Of a stretch of 64,000 nt of DNA, positions 13,801-26,232 are shown one piece after another. The notes under the pieces were generated by a model. It did not search any database and had not been told where the DNA came from. It saw only the letters and a list, made by a program, of their open reading frames with translations. How positions within the stretch are numbered: position 1 is the first letter of the stretch; the number at the start of each line of letters is the position of its first letter. The translations under genes were made by a program, and so were the position numbers. Source of the stretch: Azolla caroliniana (taxonomy: Eukaryota; Plantae; Polypodiophyta); contig JBHGNT010000018.1 of the NCBI GenBank assembly GCA_043228905.1, positions 15,066,001 through 15,130,000 of the forward strand, read 5' to 3'.

Positions 13801-16800
13801 TGTGATAGGGCAGCTTATGACTTCGTCACGGGAGTTAGAAACTGAGATAAGTAGATATCCACACGAATTTATGGAAGAACGGATCTGCCAATCATGCAAT
13901 TGGGCGATGGAATTGGAAGAACGTTATGTCAGCTATTGTGTTGTTTTTTATGGATAAGAGGGAGATACCACTGCCCCTTCAAACAAGGCTTTGGCCCTCT
14001 ACATAAGTTAATGGAATATAAAGAACAATGGTACTCGGCACTTTTCTTCCTAGAACTCAATTATATACATGGCATCCATAGGTTATATGAAAACTATAGT
14101 ACAGACATGAGAAGGAATTCTGTTGTATGGTGTTAGAGGCCATCATGTTTTACCATATGAAGCTGTATCTCAGAGGTAATTAATTGCTTGTATTTAACAG
14201 AAAGAAAGGTCGGTGATTGCTTTCAGAAAACATTAGGTTACTCTATTGGGAATAGCAACAGGGATCAAAGAAAGGCTTAAGCATTTCAATGCAGCAATGG
14301 AGGAACATAAGATGAATCATAAATTTTAAATGTCACTCAAATCATGTTGTTTCCTCAGGAATATTCCTTAACATTCATTGAATATCCATAACTGACTGAC
14401 TTCATTGATATATCTTCATAGATGAATAATAATATTTAAATATCACTCAAATCAGGTGGTTGCTACCTCCAATCTGTTCCTCAATAGAGCACACACTCCT
14501 CTCTAGAACTTCATCGAATATCTAGGACTGAAGGACTTCATGAACACATGGTCATAGGAAACATACTACTGCTGTTGATGCAGACAATGTAATATCCCTT
14601 TATGATAGTCCAACAATATATTAAATGGACCTGAGATCCTTCTGGTAACCTGAGTGAGAGGCAGACGAAGGGTGGGAAATATCGAGAGTTGGGATATTGA
14701 ACCAACTAGAACTGTCAGAAGGAATAAATTCCTAGCAGCCAGTGGGAAGGATGAATCCTTATCAGTGACACAGTTTTCAGAAAGTTGATAGGATGTAAAA
14801 ATTAGAGAGCATAACCGATTATACCTGAATGACACAGTATCCTTTTGAATTTGTTGTTTTCCAATTGAAACAACCTGACTGAATGCTGGCGTTCTCACTA
14901 ACATTGCCATCAGGAAACAGTGCCTGTGAAACAGATTTATCTTTCTTGCTTTAAGTGGTCCTTGCATGTTACTTTGAATATTCAATCAATTAAAGCCTTA
15001 CCACTAGACCTCCTTTCTTCATGTTGCGGATGACAACTCCAGAGGGAAGAATGCATCTCCAATTCTCTTCTTCCACATTCTTTTCAACGTGTATCATCCC
15101 CATGCTAGCAGATTTAGCTTTGTCATCTGCATCATTTGACTGTAGGTGGTTTCTCTGATTGTCTTCTTCTCTGTAATCTGGTGATATTGGGCTTTTGCAA
15201 ACCATGTGTGTTCTGAACATATAAATGTAACCACTAGAGTTTATCTCTATTGTAATTCCAGTTGGAATGGAAACTTGTAAGCTTATCGATCTATTCTCTT
15301 CATGGAAGAAGCATATATTCAGTCCATCCTTGAAGCACGCAGAAAACTCAACATCCTTTCTTCTTTCTCTTTTCGTTGGACGCAAAATATATGTATTCCC
15401 ATCCTTCCATAATATCCAGAAACTAAATCAGAATACTAGGCTTATTTTCTATTTTACAATACTAATACAAAATGACAACGAATTCACAGTGGTTTCATCT
15501 TACCATATAAAGTGTACCTTGAGGTTCTTTATTCATCTTCTGCGCAGATGGGAGTCCATGAGCGAATAAGCCGCCACTTGCCAGAAGGTAATAATTCTTC
15601 TTTTCAAATAAATGACTTATGTGCTCCTCAAGTTGATATGCAATCACAGCAACTTGAAAAGGTTTCAAATCTTCATGTATTTTATAAAAATCGTCAAATG
15701 ATACCTGTAATGAGTCATATAGTTTTGCTCATATGCTCAGGAAACAAAATAATTAGAGGAAGCAGCATTACTAATTCATTTACGTACATAGAAAGGGATT
15801 GAATAATTTGATTCATATTCTCCATCAGCTGCATAAAGTACTGAAATTACTGTGTCGTCAGTTTCATCATATATTAATCTTTCAAATGGGTGATTAAGCT
15901 TTGATTCTGAGTAAATGTTGGCAATCACCAAGTTGGGAAATAATTCAACAAATTGAGAATCTAGTACGTATAGTAAGCTTTCCTCAAGCCGCACCATTTC
16001 CATGTTACCAATGTGTCGATCTTGAAGTAGAGTCTCTAACAGCAATTTCTATGATAGCATCAAGCACCAATTTAGTCAATTGAAAACAGAAATCTTATAG
16101 TCGTGGCCCACTGAAAAGCACTCACAAGTTTCCTGTAAATTTGGATAATTGAAAGGCTGAAATGTTGGTTGCTTTGGATCATATTCTCATATGCACCTAT
16201 TTCTTCTTTGGACAACAATTGTACTTTGGGTAGACCTTGTCGATGTTTACCTGAAAAAAACTAGCAGATTCAAATTTTTGTTGTGCTAAGGTATCTGCAA
16301 TGGAAAAATGCTCATCCGTAAACTATGAGCACCAAGTCATTTTAATTCACCATAAGCTATTAGAGCCAATGGTTTAGGAGACCTCACGTTTGATAATCCA
16401 CAAGCTAACATATCTGGCATACCTCTAAAGTATCAGCTATTGCAATTGGAAAGAACAATTCAGATTGGCCCCCTCAAGCTGAATATAAGGATCATATTTG
16501 TTTTCACCCATCAAATTGTAAGTAACATTCATCCCTAGACATCTGAATTGGCTGCTTCCAGTGCTCTTGGTGGTATAATGGGATGCCAATCCTTGTGGTA
16601 TGATCCTCCCATAGTTGCAGGTTTCCATGCTTGGGTGTTCAAGTGGGGCTGAGTCCAGTCCCTGGCCTTACAGGATGAATGTGAATTGGAAGCACACTAT
16701 ATTATGAATGTTATGCATTTTGTCTGTAATACTGTGGAAAAGGATTGAGATTCTGATAAATCTTGTTGAACAATTATGAAGAAGCCTAGAAGAAAAATCA

Positions 16801-19800
16801 CTGATATGCCTATGTGTTAGGTGAATTGGCATAATTAATAGTACTCGATCTTTGCCATGGTGCTTTTGTTCTTACCATTAACCACAAATGTGCCATTAGA
16901 TTTTACTTGCATCTCTAGCAATGAAAACAATGATGCATTATATGTACAACCACAAACACACTTACCAGGAGCACATATTAGGTCCGCAAAGTGACGTGTA
17001 ACTCTCATCACATCTGCGAGTGTCTTATGTTGTAAACATGTAGAGTGTGCCGTCCAATGGACTTTTTCTACAGTATCAAATTCATGTATTACTTGTAATT
17101 GTTCTGAGCAATTAAAAATCTTGATCGATTTTGTAAGATTTTCTGAATCTGCATATGAAGGTTCTATCATTGAGGAACCATCCCTACAATCAGTCTCTTT
17201 CTGCCCCTGAGAATCTCTTGATCTTGATTTGTCTTCAATGCATTCATTGGTTCCATCATGAAAATGAATTTTTTGGCCAAGTTTTATGAAACTTTCATTC
17301 AGATGGGCTTGCACTTTCTTCTTCTCTTCTTTCCAATATACATTTTCTGAATTTGTGTTGCAAACAGAATGTTGAACTACTTGTTCCACAATACAATGCA
17401 AAATGACAGGTATGTTTATAAAGTTCTCAGGATATTCTTGTATAAGCTGATTGTAATACCTGGTGTCTACATCCTGCAGGTATGATCCATGAGTCAATTA
17501 TTCCATTCATAGGTACTTTATGTAGTCCAGAGAAAGTCAAACTTATACGATTGTCCTTAAAATATAAAAACTTCTACATGAATATAATTGGAGATTTTAT
17601 ATGCAGTCATCATTTTCAACATAGCTCCTCATCTGAATCCTACTTGTTTTGCTACAACTAGCATTACACTGACATCTCCTTCAGCTGTAGGATCTGACTT
17701 ACATTGAGAGGGAGCTAAGTTAGAGGTGGGATCTGAAATTTAGAAGCATTTAACAGGTGTCAAGGACGCTTAAGACTATGCACCTCTAGAGAGTCTATAC
17801 AAAATGGATAATGGCAGTTTCCTAGTGGTTTCTGCTGAGCCTCACCATCACAGTGGAACGACCACTCACTGCGCATGAACAAGAGCACTTGGTAGTTTTT
17901 TTTGGGTGACGGTTAGAAGTGCAATGAAAGAGACAATGTACTTAGATTTTTGAATGTAATAACCTTTCTTCAAATGAAGATACATAAACTGTCGATCCCC
18001 TCAATATTTGTCCACAAGCTTTTCATTGATATCTCTGACATTTTAAGATGTAATCTCTCATTCAGTCGTAATGGCCTTTTTGGCCTCTGAAGAGATATCA
18101 ATATATCATTCTTTCTTAATTACACAACACAGTGGCATTTGTTCATAGTAAACATCAAATTAGTAACTACTTTGATATGCAAATATAGAGTTACACATGG
18201 ATCACACAGAAAACTTGTATTTGAGAGAAATGAAAGCAATTTAAAATTTTATGCAGACATATATACTGGATTTTATGTACCTGTGAAGGCATTGCAATAG
18301 GAATTTTAATACTTTGCACAGCATCTTTTACATGGCAATATACAATAACATTTGGTACCAGCTTATTAAGAGATGATGCTACAGCTTTTGCAATATTATC
18401 GTAAGGTAGAAACTTGGGAGCATCCTTCCCTTTTGGCTTTTTAGATTGTTTAGCATCTAAGATAGCTTCATCGGAATCATTAGCATTGGAGTTTTCATAT
18501 TGAACGTCAATTAGACCTATTTGTCTAATCGGATCATCTAGGTTGGATGTCTTTGCAACTGCCTTTATCTTTGAAACCAACGACATAGGTTCTGAAATTG
18601 AAACATCAGTAAATGCACTGTTGTCCTTATCACTGTTTGTTAAAGCTTGAACATGATCCGTTTTCAAATTTAAAATGGCACAAAGACGGCATTGCGCTCC
18701 ATTAGCAAGACTTGCCAAAAATGATGGGTCATTTGCAAGACCTAGTAGAATATAAACTTGCACCAAATTATACGTCTTTAATAGAGAGGCTTCTGTTGTC
18801 TTTACGATGGCTTCAGTAGCCAACACCTGGTTCAACAAGAAATTAAATGAAACAAATCAGATCAAAGTTAATTTTGAAGCAAAGCATTTTCACCTAGATG
18901 AAAACACCGTTGTAATTCTTTGGAAAGCCATCAAGTGAGAAGTCTAAAAGTCATGCCTTCTGTTCTGCTTCCTCATATTTGCTCTGCGTTTGTGCAACAA
19001 GAAGTTCTAGTTTCCGTACTGTGTCTTCTGGAGACTCGGATTCATCAGATTTTGCCGCTTTTTCCTTGCTGGATTTTAACTTCCCTAAGCAGGACAAATT
19101 CATCCCATGCAATGTTCATTATGTTCCAACTTGTTAACTTAGGAAATATTGTTTGTATCTTGATGGAAAATATTTACATATGCACAGAATCTTGTTTATT
19201 TATATAAGAGAAACATAGACTGTACAATATAAAGTACAGCTTAGAGGCACACCTCCGTTCTTGTCTTTTTCAACCTTTGCTGCGGATGGTTGAGGAATTG
19301 CTTTCTTTGTTGAAGGAGAATCCCGTGGTACTATCTCATGTTCTTTTTCTTTGAATTCTTTGAGGGCATTCTCTGCTGTTAGCACTTCAGTTTGAGCTAT
19401 TTGTAGATCCGTTTTTGCACTCTGATAAAAATCAAGATCCATATTAATTATCATCGTAAAAAACCACAATAAGAAAGCATAAAACAAGATAATGCATATC
19501 ATATTACTAATCAGAACGTAAAGATGGCATATATTGATTATGGACTGATGGAAATCTAAGTAGTGAGTAACTACTGTAGACAAAATTTACCTGGAAAGCA
19601 CTAATCCCTTCTTCCAAGTCTTTTTTCCGCTTTATTGCTTCATTCTTATGTGCAAAATCTCGATCCAAAATAGACTTGGCTGCAATAAAATTGCAGTTTC
19701 TTATATCTTTTTAAACAAGTACTCATTATCATGTGCGTATACTGTATTATCTATTCCACTTATATAATGAGTACCACATTAGTCCGTATATACTGGAAGA

Positions 19801-21986
19801 AGTAAAAGGGTGACTTGGGTGAATATGTGCAAGATATAAGTGTGCGGGTGTATGTGTGTCTTCCTATGGAAATATGAGTATGTGGCTGTAAGTGTTTGGA
19901 ATAAATGGTGAAGGCTCAATCTCCTCTTTATTTTTACAAAAGTAATCCTAAATCAAAGTTCTGGAGAAGAGTTATTGCTGAATAAATAAAACTTTGATTT
20001 TCTTATTCACAGGCATTGAACTCAAGCACTCTCTGTGGGGCATGTCGATCATTTATATGATCCTAAAGTAGAACAAAGTATGTTTCTCAAAAAGTGTGAT
20101 GCTGCCCTTTATATCCTCATAAGAACACACAAATATACAATGTATGGCCCTGGTTCAAATCTCATAGGAAGCTAGGCAATTCCAGACAGAAACTAGAATG
20201 ACAAAACTGATGAGTCTCTATCCCTACCATGATGTATGTAGCGTTTGAAGAAACAACACAACATTAAAGCTAACCTTGTGAACAATCTTCATAAATTGTC
20301 TACTGACCTTAAATTGATAGTTTCATCACAATGTCTCCCTCAATAATTAATGGACTCAGTTTATGATCTTAAATCGATAGTTTCATGCCTTGCTCTGTCC
20401 TCCAAAATGGACTGAGTTTACATTTTACTATTTCAGCAACACAATGAAGCAAATAAACATTTTGTTTTTTCACTATGTAGAAGTCAATAAAACTTCTTTG
20501 ACCAATTTATTTAGGTCATCTACACCGACATGTAATGTTGTTTGCCTTCTTGCATACCATTAAGACATTCCAAAAGCAAAGATGATGGTGGCATCCAAGG
20601 TTCTTGATTTGTTTCCTTTTTCTTTTTTTCATTGGATTCCTGTAAAGTTGTTTGGAATTCAACCAATCTCTCAAAGATTCTATTTCATTTCAAAATTGAC
20701 AAAGGAAACACTCAGTAACAGAAGCTTAAGTGAACTTGCCAACTTTGTACCTGCTTTCCAGATTTTAATTTTGGGCCCAGTTCACCATTTGCATCCTAAA
20801 AAACAAAACTCACTATTTCAACCCCTCTGTCAAGTTCTATTTCATTTTAGAATCTAAATTGACACAATAAATCCATAGTAAAAATAAACATAAGTGATGT
20901 TGCAAATTTTCTACCTGCTTTGCAGATTTTAATCTCGCACCCAAATCACTATTTGCAGAAATTTCCTACAAAATCCAAAGCATACTCTTCCGAATGAGAA
21001 GAAGAGAAATTTTCAAATTGATCATACCCTATCACCATGAGAGACATGGGGAATAAGGAAACACTATCCCCCTCCTTTACTGCTTATCATCATGGATTAG
21101 TAACATGAATTATGATGATTGAAAGGAGAGAAGGTTATTCAAATAACAACCTGCTCAACTAACTCTGGTATGTTGATTACGGAAACATTCACTTGTGGCA
21201 AAGTGATTTTATTAACAAAATCTGCTAAATTTTGATGGCTAAAATCTGCCTCGGCTGTTTCTACACGTATTCCAATCGGAGTCCATGTTATCGGAAAATC
21301 AGGCCGAACAGTAGTCTGCAATAAATTTATTCGGATTAGGTGTAAATTAATACATCTGCGGTCATTAATAAGGTAGATTAAGTATCCTACAATTGTTATC
21401 ATTTCAAAAACAGAAAGACGAAGAAGATATTTTAACATCTCTAAAAGACCATAATGACTTATGAGACCTTATCATATGCTACTGTTATTTGTTCATATTG
21501 TGTCGACAATGTGAGCAAGAGAGAGTGAGAGAGAGAGGAGATTTGACGATAATCTAACTTGTAAAAGATACAATAAAAGCTTCAACAAACAATACGAAAT
21601 ATCAGTAACCAGAACTAGTAGAGAGGGAGAGAGATGTTCAATGGGTGAAAATGAGATTGACGAGACGATGTGGTATCGCCCTCTAAACTCACAATAGGCC
21701 GAGCCATTGGCAATTATTATGTTTCTAAGATTCTACCTTCCCTATGGCGAAGCAAGCAAAATGAAAATTTCCATAGAGACAGATATACTGCAATTATCCA
21801 TATATACACGCGCGCGTGGGAGAATTGGGTGCAAATATAATCAATCAAAGAGGACTATAAATCTCTATATTAGACTGCGTCTCCTTTGCCAACAAAGTCT
21901 GATTCTGATTCATTATGAAAGAATGTTACCTCATCAGTTGTTGGGAGCTTTGGTTCTGCCTTAACCGGCTTGGGCTTGGGCGGCAT
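7877..21986 (-). CDS. SPAG17: SPAG17/PF6-like axonemal central-pair protein, about 19 exons, about 1,690 aa
   Basis: Hallmark DVDTRYYNQLIQEYPENFINIPVILHCIVEQV (from 17473) resembles the conserved SPAG17 VDMRYYN..L...FISVPLILHCMLEQV motif as recalled. Also PGKHRQGLP, ALFPDGNVS..WKTTN, RCILPSGVVIRNMKKG, and an MPPK start. Manually phased exons (minus): 21930-21986, 21151-21315, 20915-20965, 20751-20795, 20558-20639, 19591-19679, 19253-19421, 18957-19084, 18281-18826, 16966-17473, 16126-16250, 15788-16048, 15504-15599, 15002-~15403, 14825-14923, 11089-12045, 10088-10981, 8937-9248, 7877-7948 (TAA). Phases are consistent. The acceptor near 15403 and the donor near 18957 are the least certain. Confidence 0.85.
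9417..9777. repeat. ~180-bp diverged tandem duplication within a SPAG17 intron
   Basis: AAAGTGGGAGCTT...GCCTTATATGTCACACTATGA...CAACACTATGTGTGCAAGACAGTTCA occurs twice (about 9417-9596 and 9598-9777). Confidence 0.85.
13550..14100 (+). mobile_element. Decayed 3' fragment of an RTE/RTEX-like LINE in a SPAG17 intron
   Basis: ORF 13715-13957 contains LETEISRY...EERICQSC...EERYVSYC, resembling the C-terminal L-x-IETGR...ERIC..C...E-x-H...C zinc motif of these LINEs. Confidence 0.55.
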
Positions 21987-22070
21987 GTTTCTGTTCCCCT
22001 GTTTCCCGCCGCATCCGAATCCTGCATACGCCTTGAATTCAGATTACATCTCCTTCTACTGCTGCTTCGC

Positions 22071-22079
22071 CATCATCAT

Positions 22080-22112
<33 letters not shown>

Positions 22113-22288
22113 CCTCCTCTGCATCTGCTTCTGCTTCTGCATCTTCATCGGCTTCCGCCTCCTCGCGCCAACATTCAATTGCGGTTTACAATTTCTTTCT
22201 ATTTACAAAAGTAGGCCTCCTCTCCTCCTTTCCTTTTTAAGTGTTTTTGTTTTCCTATAAGTATCTCTCTCTCTCTCTCTCTCTCTCT
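22071..22288 (+). repeat. (CAT)n and (CT)n microsatellites upstream of the SPAG17 start codon
   Basis: (CAT)n at about 22071-22110 and (CT)n at 22265-22288. Confidence 0.9.
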
Positions 22289-22345
22289 GGTAAAAACACA
22301 CAATTATATTAATTGTATGTAAAATCCACTTAGTTACAACACTTC

Positions 22346-23018
22346 TTAGTCTCCTCTACCTTTCATATGCCTATATATGTAGGGAGAGGGACATCCTGTA
22401 ATGCTATTAAAAAAACCTGAATATGCATTTGAGGAAATGATCCCCACACCCTCTAACGTCCAAAAATTCCACATGAGAATACCTTTCAACTTCTTTATAT
22501 AGGCTTTCACCCCATATCTATTATCAAACATGAAAGCATTACACATATTCCAATTGTGTTGTAGACCCCAATAACGTAAAAATTGGAACAATATCTCCAT
22601 CTCATCATTTGATCCATTTTGAAAATATTGAGAAAAAACCCATTGTTGAGGTCTCAAACAACAACGGGTTAAAACTTGCCAAATTTCCGATAAGTACTTC
22701 CAAATGGTACACGCTATAGGACATTTAATGAACCTATGTGTACCATCCTCCAATGGAACGGTGCAAAAGAAACAAGTGCCAGACCCTAGTCCTCGTCTCT
22801 TTAAGGCCGAACCTAATGGGAGCCCACCAATCATGACTCTCTATATGAATACCTTTGCACAAAATGGTAGATGGGAATGCCAACCACGTTGTCATATTTT
22901 CCATCACCTTGCATTTGACTTATATACATTCCACAACATCGTTGCGTTAGGAGATAACCAAGATAATGATGTCATTGCATGATGATACAATATATTTGTA
23001 GTGACTTGTAACAAGCGT
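22346..23018 (-). mobile_element. L1-like LINE 3' fragment (zf-RVT region), degenerate
   Basis: ORF 22346-22834 has GLPLG...CFFC...EDGTHRFIKCPIACTIW (zf-RVT). The upstream part of this frame reads W...LP..AKVF with stops, up to the LTR-array boundary. Confidence 0.75.
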
Positions 23019-23143
23019 TGTCGTGAATATTTTGGGCAACGGTGTGAAAATGGTGTGAAACGAACGAAATCAAGAAGGTGTAATGTGTACTCAAACATTT
23101 GCAAATATAAGACTAAAGCCTAGTAACATTTTGAGCATAGAAA

Positions 23144-23218
23144 GGGGTGCAAGCAAGGCTTGAACCTTGCACCTCTAAGATAAGAGACAAATCAACTTAC
23201 CACTAAAGCCATTTCTAA
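23144..23218 (-). promoter_or_regulatory. tRNA-derived Pol III A-box/B-box module in the LTR unit (present in all 5 units)
   Basis: Minus strand: TGGCTTTAGTGG (A box, 23200-23211), then CTCTTAT, then CAAGG-TTCAAG-CCTTG (B box/T-arm, about 23154-23169). Spacing is tRNA-like; the acceptor and anticodon stems do not pair. Confidence 0.7.
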
Positions 23219-23609
23219 GCACTTTGGATTTTGTATATTTTCCTTTCATATTCAGTATTTTGTAGGAAGCAAACATATAGAAACCATGGGCACAAAACCA
23301 TGGTTTCAGCTCGTGGTTTAGCTCGTGGTTTTAGCCCATGGTTTTTGCATGGAGAGACCTATAAAAGCCTATAGTGGGGCTTGTGTAAGGAGGCAAGTGA
23401 TGTAAGTAAAAAAAAGAAACTTTTAATCAAAGATCAGAGTTATCCTAATGGTGATGTATCTTGTCTCGTAAAACTAAAGTGAAGGGTTCAATCTCTCTCT
23501 TCATCCATTTATCTATCTTCAATACTTTCTCGCTTACGTTGCTAAAAACATCGAATCCTTCCAGTCTAGGACCCCGATGGTCCCGCTTCATTTCGCGAAC
23601 ACGCTTCAA

Positions 23610-23650
<41 letters not shown>

Positions 23651-24336
23651 CGAGTTTTCTTGAGACACAATAAATTCTTTCAATCAATCGATCGAATTCC
23701 ACTCATTTTCTTCCTAATCTTTCTATTGACAATCGATAGAAGCGTTGTCGTGAATATTTTGGGCAACGGTGTGAAAATGGTGTGAAACGAACGAAATCAA
23801 GAAGGTGTAATGTGTACTCAAACATTTGCAAATATAAGACTAAAGCCTAGTAACATTTTGAGCATAGAAAGGGGTGCAAGCAAGGCTTGAACCTTGCACC
23901 TCTAAGATAAGAGACAAATCAACTTACCACTAAAGCCATTTCTAAGCACTTTGGATTTTGTATATTTTCCTTTCATATTCAGTATTTTGTAGGAAGCAAA
24001 CATATAGAAACCATGGGCACAAAACCATGGTTTCAGCTCGTGGTTTAGCTCGTGGTTTTAGCCCATGGTTTTTGCATGGAGAGACCTATAAAAGCCTATA
24101 GTGGGGCTTGTGTAAGGAGGCAAGTGGTGTAAGTAAAAAAAAGAAACTTTTAATCAAAGATCAGAGTTATCCTAATGGTGATGTATCTTGTCTCGTAAAA
24201 CTAAAGTGAAGGGTTCAATCTCTCTCTTCATCCATTTATCTATCTTCAATACTTTCTCGCTTACGTTGCTAAAAACATCGAATCCTTCCAGTCTAGGACC
24301 CCGATGGTCCCGCTTCATTTCGCGAACACGCTTCAA

Positions 24337-24367
<31 letters not shown>

Positions 24368-25149
24368 CACGAGTTTTCTTGAGACACAATAAATTCTTTC
24401 AATCAATCGATCGAATTCCACTCATTTTCTTCCTAATCTTTCTATTGACAATCGATAGAAGCGTTGTCGTGAATATTTTGGGCAACGGTGTGAAAATGGT
24501 GTGAAACGAACGAAATCAAGAAGGTGTAATGTGTACTCAAACATTTGCAAATATAAGACTAAAGCCTAGTAACATTTTGAGCATAGAAAGGGGTGCAAGC
24601 AAGGCTTGAACCTTGCACCTCTAAGATAAGAGACAAATCAACTTACCACTAAAGCCATTTCTAAGCACTTTGGATTTTGTATATTTTCCTTTCATATTCA
24701 GTATTTTGTAGGAAGCAAACATATAGAAACCATGGGCACAAAACCATGGTTTCAGCTCGTGGTTTAGCTCGTGGTTTTAGCCCATGGTTTTTGCATGGAG
24801 AGACCTATAAAAGCCTATAGTGGGGCTTGTGTAAGGAGGCAAGTGATGTAAGTAAAAAAAAGAAACTTTTAATCAAAGATCAGAGTTATCCTAATGGTGA
24901 TGTATCTTGTCTCGTAAAACTAAAGTGAAGGGTTCAATCTCTCTCTTCATCCATTTATCTATCTTCAATACTTTCTCGCTTACGTTGCTAAAAACATCGA
25001 ATCCTTCCAGTCTAGGACCCCGATGGTCCCGCTTCATTTCGCGAACACGCTTCAATACCCTCTTGTTGTAGACGAGGTCGTCTTTGCGGAAGATCAAGTA
25101 GCATTCGCTTGTGTTCTGAATACCTGCGTATGACAGTTTGTAGGTCGTT

Positions 25150-25191
<42 letters not shown>

Positions 25192-25556
25192 GCACAAAAG
25201 ACTCTTTATTACATAAAGCAATAATACAACACCCAACCTTACAAAAAGGTTACAAGGTCACTATATATAGTGACCGACTTAGGGCAACTACCCTTTATGC
25301 TAATTACATAAATGGCCAAAACGGGATAGTGTGAATACGTCCATTATACACATGTATTCGACACTCCCCCGTAATGGGCGTATACATGGGTTATCTAAGA
25401 TTACAGGTATAGACTTAGGTTCTCGGACATATCAGCTTTGTTCGAGTCGGCAGGGTCCGAAGGCAGAAGACCGAACTGGTCGGGTCGGAACAGTTGAAGC
25501 CGATCATTAAGGAACTGATGTCGGTTGTCGGGAATCATCCTGCTCTGTGTCCGGCT

Positions 25557-26232
25557 CTAACCGGACTGGTTTGTCGTTACGCCCATCTGATGCCGAAGAG
25601 ACCGAAAACGGTCTGCCGAAAGACACTTGGTCATTCCATCTGCGACATTGTCGGTTGTGGATATTTTCTCTAGACCGATTTTCCTTGAAATGACGCAGTC
25701 CCGAACGAAGTGATATCGAACGTCGATATGTTTGGAGGCGTTGTGGTGAACCGGATTTTTCGACAAAGCAACAACACCTTGACTGTCGCTGTAGACAACT
25801 GGAGCCGAGTCATGGTCGACTTGTCGAAACGTGTGCGCCAGCCGACCGAGCCACAAAGCTTCTTTTGCTGCGTCGGACGCAGCTACATATTCTGCTTCGG
25901 TCGTTGAGGTCGCTGTGCACTCCTGAAGTTTCGACTTCCACGAGATTGCTCCATTGCCGAATTTGAAGCAGTATCCGGTTGTTGATTTCCGACTGTCTAT
26001 ACAGCCGGCGAAGTCCGAGTCGGTGTAACCGACTACGCCTGAGGTTCGGTTCGGACCGAAAAGAATGCCGTGGTCTTTTGTGCCAGCCAGATATCTGAAC
26101 ACATGCTTGACTGCGTTCCAATGCGATTGGCCAGGATTGTGCATAAATCTGCTAACGACTCCTACGGCGTGAAATATCAGGCCGTGTCGCGACCATCAGG
26201 TACATAAGGGAGTCGACTGCCGGTGCATACGG
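25557..26232 (-). pseudogene. Outer Copia RT end and RNase H (continuation after the nested insertion)
   Basis: YTDSDFAG...STTEAEY...KHIDVRYHFVRD...NVADGMTK. There is a 2-bp deletion near 26170-26178 relative to the inner copy. Confidence 0.9.

Noticed and set aside
14566-14985. 139-aa ORF as a SPAG17 exon
   Set aside because: The SPAG17-like peptide (ALFPDGNVS...) is in a different frame, at 14825-14923.
21915-22260. Poly-His and poly-Ile ORFs
   Set aside because: (CAT)n microsatellite translations with non-ATG or weak starts.
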